Shown: in pieces, positions 45,817 through 54,431 of the stretch
Position numbering within the stretch: the first letter of the stretch is position 1
Layout of the letters: every line of letters starts with the position of its first letter
Source: Ornithinimicrobium sp.
Lineage (GTDB): Bacteria; Actinomycetota; Actinomycetes; Actinomycetales; Dermatophilaceae
Direction: 5' to 3'
DNA: 64,000 bases
NCBI GenBank assembly: GCA_049650845.1
Contig: JBASAZ010000141.1
Location: 12,072-76,071, forward strand
Translations under genes and position numbers: made by a program
The notes under the pieces: model-generated
Seen by the model: the letters and a program-made list of their open reading frames with translations, nothing else
What the model was told of the DNA's origin: nothing
Database searches by the model: none

Positions 45817-46468
45817 ACCGGTCAAACCTCTCCTCAAGCTGCATTTGGCCAAACGCCAGGATGGTACTGATCACCCAGTAGACCAAGGCGGCCTCGATAT
45901 ACAGCAGCATGAACTCCGAGCTGAACGCAGCGATCTGCTGCGATACGCGGAACGCTTCGGTGACCAGAATGAGCGAGGCCAGCGACGTGTCCTTCACCAG
46001 AGAGATGAACGTATTCGATAGCGGTGGCACTGAAACCCGAGCCGCCTGGGGCAAAATCACCCGTGTCAGCTGTTGGCGGGGCGACATACCAATCGTGTAT
46101 CCCGCTTCCCATTGGCCACGCGGCACCGACAGGATTGCGGCACGGATCACTTCGGCGCCATATCCACCGACGTTCAGCGAAAAGGCGATGATCGCGCTGG
46201 GCCACGGGTCCAGCGTAATTCCGACCGATGGCATCCCGTAGAAAATCACGAACAACTGCACCAAGAGCGGCGTGCCACGAATGGCCGAGATATACACCTT
46301 GGCCGCGAAGGCGAGCACCCTGCTCTTCGAGAGTCGCATCAGCGCCGCGACCAGCGCCAAGACCAAACCGATCGCAAACGAGATCAGCGAAAGGGGGATG
46401 GTCCCCTTGATCGCACCCTGCACAATCGGCCAGAGTGAGTCCACGAAGAGCTGGGCGTTATCGCTCAC
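45803..46468 (-). CDS. amino acid ABC transporter permease (HisM/GlnP-like)
   Basis: 221-aa [19 protein letters not shown] and the EAA-loop region [22 protein letters not shown]. Confidence 0.85.
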   Translation of the reverse strand: MSDNAQLFVDSLWPIVQGAIKGTIPLSLISFAIGLVLALVAALMRLSKSRVLAFAAKVYISAIRGTPLLVQLFVIFYGMPSVGITLDPWPSAIIAFSLNVGGYGAEVIRAAILSVPRGQWEAGYTIGMSPRQQLTRVILPQAARVSVPPLSNTFISLVKDTSLASLILVTEAFRVSQQIAAFSSEFMLLYIEAALVYWVISTILAFGQMQLEERFDRYVAK

Positions 46469-46477
46469 GCGCGCGTC

Positions 46478-47296
46478 CTACTGTGAGACGTCTTCGCCGA
46501 AGTACTTCGTGCCGATGTCAGCCAGCGTGCCGTCTTCCTGCATCTGCGTCAGGGTTTCGTTGAAGGCGGCGTTGAGCGCCTCCTTGTCCTTGGTGAACGC
46601 GAACGCGTTCAACGACTCTTCGTCCGTCTGAGCCGCGATTTTGATGCCGGCATCCGGGTTGCCCGTGAGGTAGTCCAGGTAGGTCAACTCGTCGTTCACT
46701 GTGGCATCCACCCGACCCTGCTCGAGCAGCGCGATGGCCTGGGCCCAGCCCTCGACGGCCTCGACGTTGGCCCCGTTGTCATCGGCCACCGCGAACCAGT
46801 TGCTGGTCAGCGACTGGGCCGAAGTCTTGCCATCGAGGTCGGCCAGGCTGCTGATGTCATCCGTGCCCTCGGCCACGACGACCACTCCGGGGGACACCGT
46901 GTAGGGGTCGCTGAGCAGATACTTCTCTTCGCGTTGGGGATTGATCGAGATCTGGTTGGCGATCACGTCGAACCGGTTAGCCTCCAGACCAGCAAAGATG
47001 CCGTCGAACTGGGTCTCCTCGAACTGCACCTCGAGATCGAGTCGGTCAGCGACCTCGGTGACGACGTCAACGTCGTAGCCGGTCAAGTCACCCGCACCCC
47101 CCTCGTGGTAGGTGAAGGGTCGGTAGGTGCCCTCGGTAGCCACGACGAGCGTGCCGTCGGTGATCAGGTTGTATTCGCCGGAGCCGGTCGACGTCGACGT
47201 CGACGCGTCGGCGCCGGTGTCGTCGCTTGAGCATGCGGTCAAAGTAAGCGCTGTGGCCGCGGCGGCGGAAACACCGACGAGGTGCTTGCGAGACAT
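46478..47296 (-). CDS. amino acid ABC transporter substrate-binding lipoprotein (SBP family 3)
   Basis: ORF 46478..47497 trimmed to ATG 47296. Lipobox LTLTAC. TEGTYRPFTY, FDVIANQISINPQREEKY. Confidence 0.8.
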   Translation of the reverse strand: MSRKHLVGVSAAAATALTLTACSSDDTGADASTSTSTGSGEYNLITDGTLVVATEGTYRPFTYHEGGAGDLTGYDVDVVTEVADRLDLEVQFEETQFDGIFAGLEANRFDVIANQISINPQREEKYLLSDPYTVSPGVVVVAEGTDDISSLADLDGKTSAQSLTSNWFAVADDNGANVEAVEGWAQAIALLEQGRVDATVNDELTYLDYLTGNPDAGIKIAAQTDEESLNAFAFTKDKEALNAAFNETLTQMQEDGTLADIGTKYFGEDVSQ

Positions 47297-47340
47297 CAAG
47301 AGGGAGCCTTTCGACAGACGGCGGGCATGAGTGCTCGACG

Positions 47341-47370
47341 TGGGAAGTGGGGTGATGGGAAGTGAGGTGA
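47341..47370. repeat. 2 x 15-bp direct repeat TGGGAAGTGGGGTGA / TGGGAAGTGAGGTGA in the leader/promoter of the amino-acid ABC operon
   Basis: 14/15 identity, 45-75 bp upstream of the SBP gene start. Confidence 0.8.
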
Positions 47371-47508
47371 CTCGAGTAGGCCAACACCACACAGAACAAC
47401 ACCTATTCCAGTAGTTCACGTTATAGGAAGGCGGCAAGCGGCACGCCAATGCGGCGCCAAGGGTGAAGCACGTGCGCGGCTCTCGCCCGCGAGGCACACT
47501 GGACCGTC

Positions 47509-48120
47509 ATGAGATCCCATCCACAGCTCGTGCGCTTCTGGGACCGGCAGGCGCCGACGTACGACCGGAAGATGACCGGCGTGGAACGCCGCATGTTCCC
47601 GCAGAGCCGCCAGTGGGTATGCAGCCGGGCCCGCGGCCGCACCCTCGAGGTCGGCATCGGCACCGGGGCCAACCTCGCGCACTATCCACCCGACGTCGAA
47701 CTGACCGGCATCGACTGGAGTCCGGCCATGCTCGAGCTGGCCAGACAGCGAGCGGACACGGCGAGTCAGGAAGTCACTCTGCACCAGGGCGATGCCACGG
47801 CCCTGCCCTTTCCCAACGACGCCTTCGACACGGTGGTCTGCACGTTCGCGCTGTGCTGCATACCCGATGAACGGGCGGCCATCAGCGAGGCGTTGCGCGT
47901 TCTCCGGCCAGGCGGACGACTGCTGCTCGCCGACCACGTCGTCTCATCCCGATGGTGGTTGCGCGCCCTCCAACACGTCGCCGACGTGGTGAGCGTCCCC
48001 TTGCACGGTGAACACTTCTCTCGGCGGCCCATCACGACCGTTCGCGAGCTCGGGCTCACCATCGAGGAATCGGCGCGCCAGCGGGCCGGCCTCATCGAGC
48101 ACGTGCACGCCACGGTCTAG
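47509..48120 (+). CDS. class I SAM-dependent methyltransferase (Methyltransf_11)
   Basis: 203-aa ORF. Motif I LEVGIGTGANL, FDTVVCTFALCCIPD, LRPGGRLLLADH. Confidence 0.8.
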   Translation: MRSHPQLVRFWDRQAPTYDRKMTGVERRMFPQSRQWVCSRARGRTLEVGIGTGANLAHYPPDVELTGIDWSPAMLELARQRADTASQEVTLHQGDATALPFPNDAFDTVVCTFALCCIPDERAAISEALRVLRPGGRLLLADHVVSSRWWLRALQHVADVVSVPLHGEHFSRRPITTVRELGLTIEESARQRAGLIEHVHATV

Positions 48121-48160
48121 ACCCTGCAGTCGTGTCGCCAGGGCGACATAGCTGCAGGGT
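48121..48160. terminator. bidirectional stem-loop ACCCTGCAG-TCG-TGTCGC-CAGG-GCGACA-TAG-CTGCAGGGT between convergent genes
   Basis: 9-bp outer plus 6-bp inner perfect helices. Starts immediately after the methyltransferase stop, 18 bp before the stop of the minus-strand SRPBCC gene. Confidence 0.6.
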
Positions 48161-48177
48161 CCTAGCCGACCGAGGCC

Positions 48178-48723
48178 TTAGAAGGCACCGGCTCCCGCGC
48201 CCGACATCGACCGATCGGTCTCCAGCAGCGTCTTCAGGCTGCTGAGCACCCACGGCCATCCGCCGCCACCGGCCCCGATGTCTCCCCCACCGCGGACATC
48301 CTTGGCGGTGTTGGGCGCTTCGAGGCACTCGTGCGTCAGCGTCAGTCGGCACGGGCCGTGGGCGAACTCGGTGATCTCGTAGGTCAGCGTGGTGTCCGGC
48401 TCGTCGTGCCACGCAGCGGACCAGGTCTGCACCAAGCGGTGCGGCGGGTCAAGCTCGATGACCGTGCCGGTGCCTGCCACCTCGCCCATTCCCATCGCCT
48501 TCATCTCCGGGCTGCAGAGATCCCGGATCGCCCCACCGGGGCGAAGGTCGATCTCGAGCTCACTGCCGTAGCCGTAGCGGGTGCTGAACTCCGGGGTAGT
48601 GATCGCCTCCCAGATGCGTTCGGCCGAGGCCTCGATATAGATCGAGTACATCTGGATCTCGGGCGCGGCCTCCTCTGAGGTGGTCGGCGCGTGGTCGGTC
48701 GTCTCCTCCTTGGTGTCACTCAT
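48178..48723 (-). CDS. SRPBCC superfamily protein (AHSA1/START-like)
   Basis: 181-aa ORF. SIYIEASAERIWEAITTPEFSTRYGYG pattern. 4-bp overlap with the ArsR gene, the common ArsR-AHSA1 pairing. Confidence 0.7.
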   Translation of the reverse strand: MSDTKEETTDHAPTTSEEAAPEIQMYSIYIEASAERIWEAITTPEFSTRYGYGSELEIDLRPGGAIRDLCSPEMKAMGMGEVAGTGTVIELDPPHRLVQTWSAAWHDEPDTTLTYEITEFAHGPCRLTLTHECLEAPNTAKDVRGGGDIGAGGGGWPWVLSSLKTLLETDRSMSGAGAGAF

Positions 48724-49049
48724 GTCTGCTCCTCAAGGTTTCGTTTCAGCTCGGTCAACGCCGTGACCCGGCGCTGTGCGTACTTGTTGATCCACCGGTC
48801 GTGAATCAGTTGGATCGGGACGGGGTTGAGATAGTGCAACTTCTCCCGGCCCTGTTTGCGAGTGAGCACCAGTCCCGCCGACTCCAACAGGCGCAGATGC
48901 TTCGAGACTCCGAAGCGGGTCATCTCCACCTGTTCGGCCACGACAGCTTCGAGATCCCCGAGGCTGCGGCCTTCTCGCGTGAAGAGCGCATCCAAGAGCA
49001 ACCGCCGTGTTGGGTCGGCGAGCGCCTTGAACACCTCGTCATCCTGCAT
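48720..49049 (-). CDS. ArsR/SmtB family winged-helix transcriptional regulator
   Basis: 109-aa ORF. FKALADPTRRLLLDAL...MTRFGVSKHLRLLESAGLV HTH. Confidence 0.85.
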   Translation of the reverse strand: MQDDEVFKALADPTRRLLLDALFTREGRSLGDLEAVVAEQVEMTRFGVSKHLRLLESAGLVLTRKQGREKLHYLNPVPIQLIHDRWINKYAQRRVTALTELKRNLEEQT

Positions 49050-49056
49050 ACCCGGG

Positions 49057-49086
49057 ACAATAGGTGACTAATTAGTCACCTGTCAA
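49057..49086 (-). promoter_or_regulatory. promoter (-35 TTGACA, -10 TATTGT) whose 18-bp spacer is exactly the perfect palindrome GGTGACTAATTAGTCACC (49063-49080); leaderless arsR start 7 nt after the -10
   Basis: All elements read directly on the minus strand: TTGACA-GGTGACTAATTAGTCACC-TATTGT-CCCGGGT-ATG. The -35 overlaps the yihY stop codon. Confidence 0.6.
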
Positions 49087-50216
49087 GGAGTGGACGGAGG
49101 CGTGAAGTCCACATCGACGGACTCGAATCCCTTGTGCCGTTGGGCTTGCGCATATCGCGTGTAGGCGCGTCGGTCGGCCTCAGTCAGGTCGACGCGGTCG
49201 GTGAACGGGGTCAACAGCGCTCGGGGATACAGCTTCGTGGCCAGCACGACATTGATCTCGACGCCCAGGACCAGCACGTTGGCCGCAAGATAGAACAATC
49301 CCAGCAGGCCGAGGCTGAGGGCGAAGACGGCACTCACGTCGTCCACCCGGGCCAGCACGCGCTCCACGTATAAGCCGCCGAACTGCTGCACGCCCAACCA
49401 CAGGAGCACGATGAACGTCGCACCCGGCACGGTATGCCGCCAGGCCGAGCGGGTCGGACCGGCCCAGTGCAGCAGCAGGCTGAGCCCGGCGATGGTCAGC
49501 ACCAACGAGACGACCTGGACGAGCCAGGCGAGGCCACGGGTCAGCTCCGGGGTCCATGCCGTGAAGGTGCCGGCCACGCTGGTCAGCACCGCGAGACCAA
49601 GGACCAGCATTCCCGCCAGCGAGAGCAACAGAGCGCTCCACAGCCTGCTCTGGAAGGGATTGCGCCGACTGTTGCGGGGCACCGACCAGCCCACGTTCAC
49701 CGCGTTCTGCACGGACTGGCCGAGCCCGAGAACGCCGTATAACGCAACCAGACCACCGGCGATCACGGCTCCGAAACTTCCGCGCAACCCCTGCGGGGTC
49801 GCCAGCTGGGTGCCGATGATGGGGAACTCGCCCAACGCAGAGGTCAGGATGGTCTTTTGCAGCTCGACGTTGCCCTGCAATACGAACCCGAGCACCGAGG
49901 ACGAGATGAGCAACAGCGGAAACACGGCCACGAACGCGTTGTAGGTGATGGTCATCGCCAAGTAGTTGCCCTGGTCGTCGAAGAACTTGTAGACCACGGC
50001 CAGCGGATAGCCCGCAACGGGGTGGCGACGTTGAAATCTGTCCACCCGGTCGACGAAGCTCACGATCGAATGTTGCCATGTCGCGGGCAGCGTGGCGGGC
50101 CGGGCCGTGAGGGCTGGGCAATGGCCCGCTCGTGAGCGGTCAGCCTGACCGCCCGGGGCTGTCAGTGATTCTGACCTATTGACCTCGCCCGGTGGCGGTG
50201 TCACGCTCGCAGGCAT
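49083..50216 (-). CDS. YihY/BrkB family membrane protein
   Basis: ORF 49083..50222, with ATG 50216 placed 5 nt after AAGGAGG. YNAFVAVFPLLLI, six TM segments, hydrophilic C-terminal tail. Confidence 0.75.
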   Translation of the reverse strand: MPASVTPPPGEVNRSESLTAPGGQADRSRAGHCPALTARPATLPATWQHSIVSFVDRVDRFQRRHPVAGYPLAVVYKFFDDQGNYLAMTITYNAFVAVFPLLLISSSVLGFVLQGNVELQKTILTSALGEFPIIGTQLATPQGLRGSFGAVIAGGLVALYGVLGLGQSVQNAVNVGWSVPRNSRRNPFQSRLWSALLLSLAGMLVLGLAVLTSVAGTFTAWTPELTRGLAWLVQVVSLVLTIAGLSLLLHWAGPTRSAWRHTVPGATFIVLLWLGVQQFGGLYVERVLARVDDVSAVFALSLGLLGLFYLAANVLVLGVEINVVLATKLYPRALLTPFTDRVDLTEADRRAYTRYAQAQRHKGFESVDVDFTPPSTP

Positions 50217-50357
50217 GCCCACCTCCTTCGCTGGTCTTCGGCTTGGCTGAGGTCGCCGCCTGGCGCGATGCCTCAGTCAGGCAGGAACGCCCGGACCTCA
50301 CCTGGATCCAAGGCCGCGGCGCGCCCTCGCGCAACGATCAGGACGTTCCGGACGCCC

Positions 50358-52487
50358 ATGCCCGTTGATGCCCTGGATCGCGACCAGGCGCGGACCACGC
50401 ACCGGCTCGACCGCATGCTCGCCCCCCGTTCGGTGGCCTTGCTCGGCGCCTCGACTGTGCCCAACGTGCCCGGCAACGACATGGTCCTGGAGTTGCAGGT
50501 TGCCCGGTTCCCTGGCGCGGTCTATCCGGTCAACCCGAGATACACCGAGGTCGAAGGCTTGCCGTGCTATCCCAGCCTTCTCGACCTGCCGCAAGCCCCC
50601 GACCTCGCCGTCCTCGGGATCGCCAACAGCGGCATCGAGGAGCAGGTCCGTGCCGCCATCGATCGCGGAGTGGGTGGGCTGGTCATCCCCGGTAGCCTGA
50701 CGATGGCTGGCGATGACCCGGCATACCCGTTGCGCGAGCGCGTCCGGGACCTGGCGCGCGAGGCGGACCTGCCCGTCGTGGGGGGTAACTGCATGGGCTT
50801 CTACAACGTCGAGCGCTGGTTTCGGACCTTGCCGTTTCACCGGCCCTATGAGCTCGCCGAGGGCGGCGTCACGTTCATCGCCCAGTCCGGATCGGTGTTG
50901 ACGGCCCTGTTGTGGAACGACCAGAAGCTTCGCTTCAACCTGGCGATCTCCCCCGGTCAGGAACTTGTGACGTCCACGTCCGACTACATGGACTATGCGC
51001 TGGAGTTGGAAAGCACGACGGCGATCGCGCTGTTCATCGAGACCGTGCGCAACCCCACTGCATTCATCGCCGCCCTGCGCAAAGCGGCCGAGCGCGACAT
51101 CCCGGTGATCGCACTCAAGGCCGGGCGGACCCCAGAAGCGGCAACCTTAGCGCTGAGCCACTCCGGAGCGATCGCCGGTGATGACGCCGCATACCAGACC
51201 TTGTTCGAACGCTATGGGGTGTCGTCGGTGAAGTCCCTCGACGAACTGGCCTCGACCACCCAGGTGCTGTCCAACCCGCGACGACCGGCCCGCGGCGGCT
51301 TGGCGGCGATCTTCGACTCCGGTGGTGAACGCGAGCTGATGATCGACATCGCCGACGATCTCGGGGTGCCGTTCGCCCAGATCGGCGAGAACACCACACA
51401 GGTGCTGCGCGAACACCTCGACCATGGACTCGAGCCGATCAACCCGTTGGACGCCTGGGGCACCGGACGGGACTACCAGACCATCTTCGAACGCTGTTGG
51501 CAGGCCCTGCTCGAAGACGAGGACACGGCGATGGGCGTCTTCGTTGCCGACCTGAGCTCGGGCTTCTATCTGCACGAGTCGTTCGCCCGGATCTGCCTGC
51601 GAGTCCACCGGCGCACCGGCAAACCGGTGGCCATGCTGACCAACCACACCGGCACCGAGTCCCAGGACCTCGCCAAACGAATGACCAACCTCGGCGTCCC
51701 GGTGCTCGACGGCACGGTCGCCGGACTGCTCGCGGTGCGGCACGCCTTGGCCTACCGCGACTTCACGGTCCGGCCCAGCGTCGCAACACCCACCGCTCCC
51801 GCTGCGGGGGTCAGCGCGCAGTGGCGGGCACGACTGGCTGAGCCACGCGCGCTGAGCGAGAGTGAGGGACTGGATCTGCTCGGGGACTACGGGGTGCCGG
51901 TGGTCCCGCACCGCAGGGTGTCCACCCTCGAAGCTGCACTGGAGTCCGCGGAGGAGGTCGGCTATCCCGTGGTGCTGAAGACCGCGGCCGGCATCCTGCA
52001 CAAGTCGGAGGCCGCCGGGGTGGTGCTCAACCTCGCGGACTACGACGCGGTTCGCACGGCCTACGCCGACCTGGCCGGGCGACTGGGGCCCGAGGTACTG
52101 GTGGCACCGATGGTCTATGCGGACGTCGAGATGGCGCTCGGCGTCGTCTCTGACCCGCAGTTCGGCTCGATGGTGCTGGTCGCCGGCGGCGGCGTGTTCA
52201 TCGAGGTCCTCGGAGACCGGCAGCTCGGTTTGGTCCCGATCGATGCCGACATTGCCCGCAAGATGATCACCAAGCTCGCGATCAAACCCGTCCTGGACGG
52301 CATCCGCGGCCGTCCACCGGTGGACACCCCCGCGGTGATCGCGGCGCTGGTGGCGTTGTCGGACCTGGCGGCCGACCTAGGCGACCTGATCGCCGAGCTC
52401 GACGTCAACCCACTCGCTGTCTCCACCGAGGGCTGCATGGCCCTCGATGCCCTCGTCATCCCCCACGCACACAGGAGCACACTATGA
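50358..52487 (+). CDS. ADP-forming acyl-CoA synthetase (acetate--CoA ligase family; CoA-binding + succinyl-CoA-synthetase-like + ATP-grasp domains)
   Basis: ORF 50268..52487, with ATG 50358 preferred (50268 possible). SVALLGAS...PVNP CoA-binding N-terminus. LALSHSGAIAG phospho-His loop region. C-terminal ATP-grasp (GYPVVLKTA). Confidence 0.75.
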   Translation: MPVDALDRDQARTTHRLDRMLAPRSVALLGASTVPNVPGNDMVLELQVARFPGAVYPVNPRYTEVEGLPCYPSLLDLPQAPDLAVLGIANSGIEEQVRAAIDRGVGGLVIPGSLTMAGDDPAYPLRERVRDLAREADLPVVGGNCMGFYNVERWFRTLPFHRPYELAEGGVTFIAQSGSVLTALLWNDQKLRFNLAISPGQELVTSTSDYMDYALELESTTAIALFIETVRNPTAFIAALRKAAERDIPVIALKAGRTPEAATLALSHSGAIAGDDAAYQTLFERYGVSSVKSLDELASTTQVLSNPRRPARGGLAAIFDSGGERELMIDIADDLGVPFAQIGENTTQVLREHLDHGLEPINPLDAWGTGRDYQTIFERCWQALLEDEDTAMGVFVADLSSGFYLHESFARICLRVHRRTGKPVAMLTNHTGTESQDLAKRMTNLGVPVLDGTVAGLLAVRHALAYRDFTVRPSVATPTAPAAGVSAQWRARLAEPRALSESEGLDLLGDYGVPVVPHRRVSTLEAALESAEEVGYPVVLKTAAGILHKSEAAGVVLNLADYDAVRTAYADLAGRLGPEVLVAPMVYADVEMALGVVSDPQFGSMVLVAGGGVFIEVLGDRQLGLVPIDADIARKMITKLAIKPVLDGIRGRPPVDTPAVIAALVALSDLAADLGDLIAELDVNPLAVSTEGCMALDALVIPHAHRSTL

Positions 52488-53476
52488 CTGACACCTTCAA
52501 CGCCCTCGTCGTCCGGCAGGACACCGACGGGCAGAGCACCAGCATCGAGCAGCTCAGCGACGCGGACCTTCCCGAAGGCGAGGTGCTGGTCGACATCGAC
52601 TACTCCTCGCTCAACTACAAGGACGGCATGGCGCTGGCCGGGAAGGGCCGGATCATCCGATCCTTCCCGATGGTGCCCGGGATCGACTTCACCGGGACCG
52701 TGCGCGAATCAGCATCGGAGCGCTTCGCCGCCGGCGATGCGGTCATCCTGACCGGGTGGGGCGTCGGTGAACGCTTCTGGGGCGGCTATTCGCAACGGCA
52801 ACGGGTCGCCGCGGACTGGCTTGTCACCCGTCCGAGGGAAATCAGCCCAATTCAGGCCATGAGCATCGGCACGGCGGGATTGACCGCGATGCTGTGTGTG
52901 ATGGCCCTGGAGGACGGGGGTGTCACGCCGGACTCTGGACCGATCGTGGTCACCGGCGCCGCTGGCGGCGTGGGGAGTGTCGCCATCGCGATCCTCGCCC
53001 AGCGGGGATATGCCGTCACAGCCGTGACCGGCCGCCCCGAACAGCACGACTACCTCGCGGCGTTAGGAGCCAGCCAGTTCTTGTCCCGCGAGGAGATGAG
53101 CCAATCACCCAAGCCACTCGAGACCGAAACCTGGGCCGGGGCCATCGACACCGTGGGCTCCACGATGTTGGCCAAGGTGTTGGCGCAGATGGCCTACGCC
53201 GGGGTGGTGACCGCGTGCGGACTTGCCGGTGGTGTCGACCTGCCAGGCACGGTGATGCCGTTCATCCTGCGAGGGGTGCGACTTCAGGGCATTGACTCCG
53301 TCCACGCCCCGCTGCCGGTGCGCGAGCAGGCATGGGCCCGGTTGGCACAGGACCTTCCCTCCGCACTGCTGGAGGATATGACCCAGGTCCTACCCATGAG
53401 CGACATCGCCGAGCACGGCCCGGCCATCTTGGCCGGTCAGGTCCGGGGCCGAGTAGTCGTGGACCCAAACCGTTAA
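52484..53476 (+). CDS. YhdH/AcuI-type MDR oxidoreductase (acryloyl-CoA reductase family)
   Basis: 330-aa ORF. ATGA overlap with the synthetase stop. DYSSLNYKDGMALAG, PMVPGIDFTGTV, VVTGAAGGVGSVAI. Confidence 0.75.
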   Translation: MTDTFNALVVRQDTDGQSTSIEQLSDADLPEGEVLVDIDYSSLNYKDGMALAGKGRIIRSFPMVPGIDFTGTVRESASERFAAGDAVILTGWGVGERFWGGYSQRQRVAADWLVTRPREISPIQAMSIGTAGLTAMLCVMALEDGGVTPDSGPIVVTGAAGGVGSVAIAILAQRGYAVTAVTGRPEQHDYLAALGASQFLSREEMSQSPKPLETETWAGAIDTVGSTMLAKVLAQMAYAGVVTACGLAGGVDLPGTVMPFILRGVRLQGIDSVHAPLPVREQAWARLAQDLPSALLEDMTQVLPMSDIAEHGPAILAGQVRGRVVVDPNR

Positions 53477-53481
53477 GGCCT

Positions 53482-54297
53482 CTAGCCGCTGTGCGCGACG
53501 TCCACGACGAGCCGTGCAGGGTCGCTGAGCACAAAGGCACGGAACGGCGTGTCGACATCGTCGATGCCGATGAAGGCCTGCGTGTTCCCTTCGAACGTGC
53601 CGGACATCCGCACTTCCTCGATCTCCTCCGACGCGTCGAGCGAGTACGTCCCGGGTCCACCCTCGTAGACCTCGTTCTCGGTGGGGTACCGGGTGCCGGT
53701 GAGCACGACCTGAAGAACCGCGTCGCCGTCGACGTCGATGGTCGCGCCGCTGCCGTCCTCGACGGCGCTGTCCACATAGGAGACGCGGTATCCGGGCGTG
53801 CCCTCGCCTTCGAGGTCGAACACCACCCGGTCGTAGTCAGGGTGATAACCGATGCGGACCGTCGTAGGCAGAAGGTCGTTTCCGGAGCCGGATGCCCCCT
53901 CCGCAGGGTCAAGGGACGGCTCAGGAAGGTTCGAGTCATCCGGCGCCTGCGACGGTGCGGACTGCGGGTCCTGCGTCGGTGTGGCTGTGCCGCTGGCGTC
54001 GTCGGTGGCCCCGAAACCGCCGGTGGCCGTCGTCTGGTCGTTATCTGTGAAGCCAGTAGCGGTCGAGGCGTCGGAGTCGTTCGGCAGGCCCGTCGCCGTC
54101 GATACATCCCGGTCGGTCCCGGTTGCTGTGCTGGCCTCGGTGTCGGGCGTCGTCGGTCGGGCCGTCGACCGCGAGTCGCCGGTGAGCACGTCCTGGTCGA
54201 TGGTGCTCGGTCCCCCGCCCTGACCTACCGCATCGCATCCCGCCAGGGCGACGGTCACGCCGAGCAGTCCACACACCAGTGCCGCAGAAGTCTTCAT
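53482..54297 (-). CDS. AMIN-like domain lipoprotein with a Thr/Asp/Ser-rich repeat linker
   Basis: ORF 53482..54399 trimmed to ATG 54297 (AAAGAGGA SD). Lipobox VALAGC. Degenerate STATG repeats. C-terminal GYHPDYDRVVFDLEGEGTPGYRVSYVD...PARLVVDVAH. Confidence 0.65.
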   Translation of the reverse strand: MKTSAALVCGLLGVTVALAGCDAVGQGGGPSTIDQDVLTGDSRSTARPTTPDTEASTATGTDRDVSTATGLPNDSDASTATGFTDNDQTTATGGFGATDDASGTATPTQDPQSAPSQAPDDSNLPEPSLDPAEGASGSGNDLLPTTVRIGYHPDYDRVVFDLEGEGTPGYRVSYVDSAVEDGSGATIDVDGDAVLQVVLTGTRYPTENEVYEGGPGTYSLDASEEIEEVRMSGTFEGNTQAFIGIDDVDTPFRAFVLSDPARLVVDVAHSG

Positions 54298-54431
54298 CGG
54301 TCCTCTTTCCTGTTGCTGAGAACCTAGACGCGTAGGGCGTCCTGAGCAACCCGTGGCCCACCGCTGCTGAGGGCAGACAAGCAGAGGCCGAGGTGGCATG
54401 CCACCTCGGCCTCTGCGTCACAGGGGGTCTG

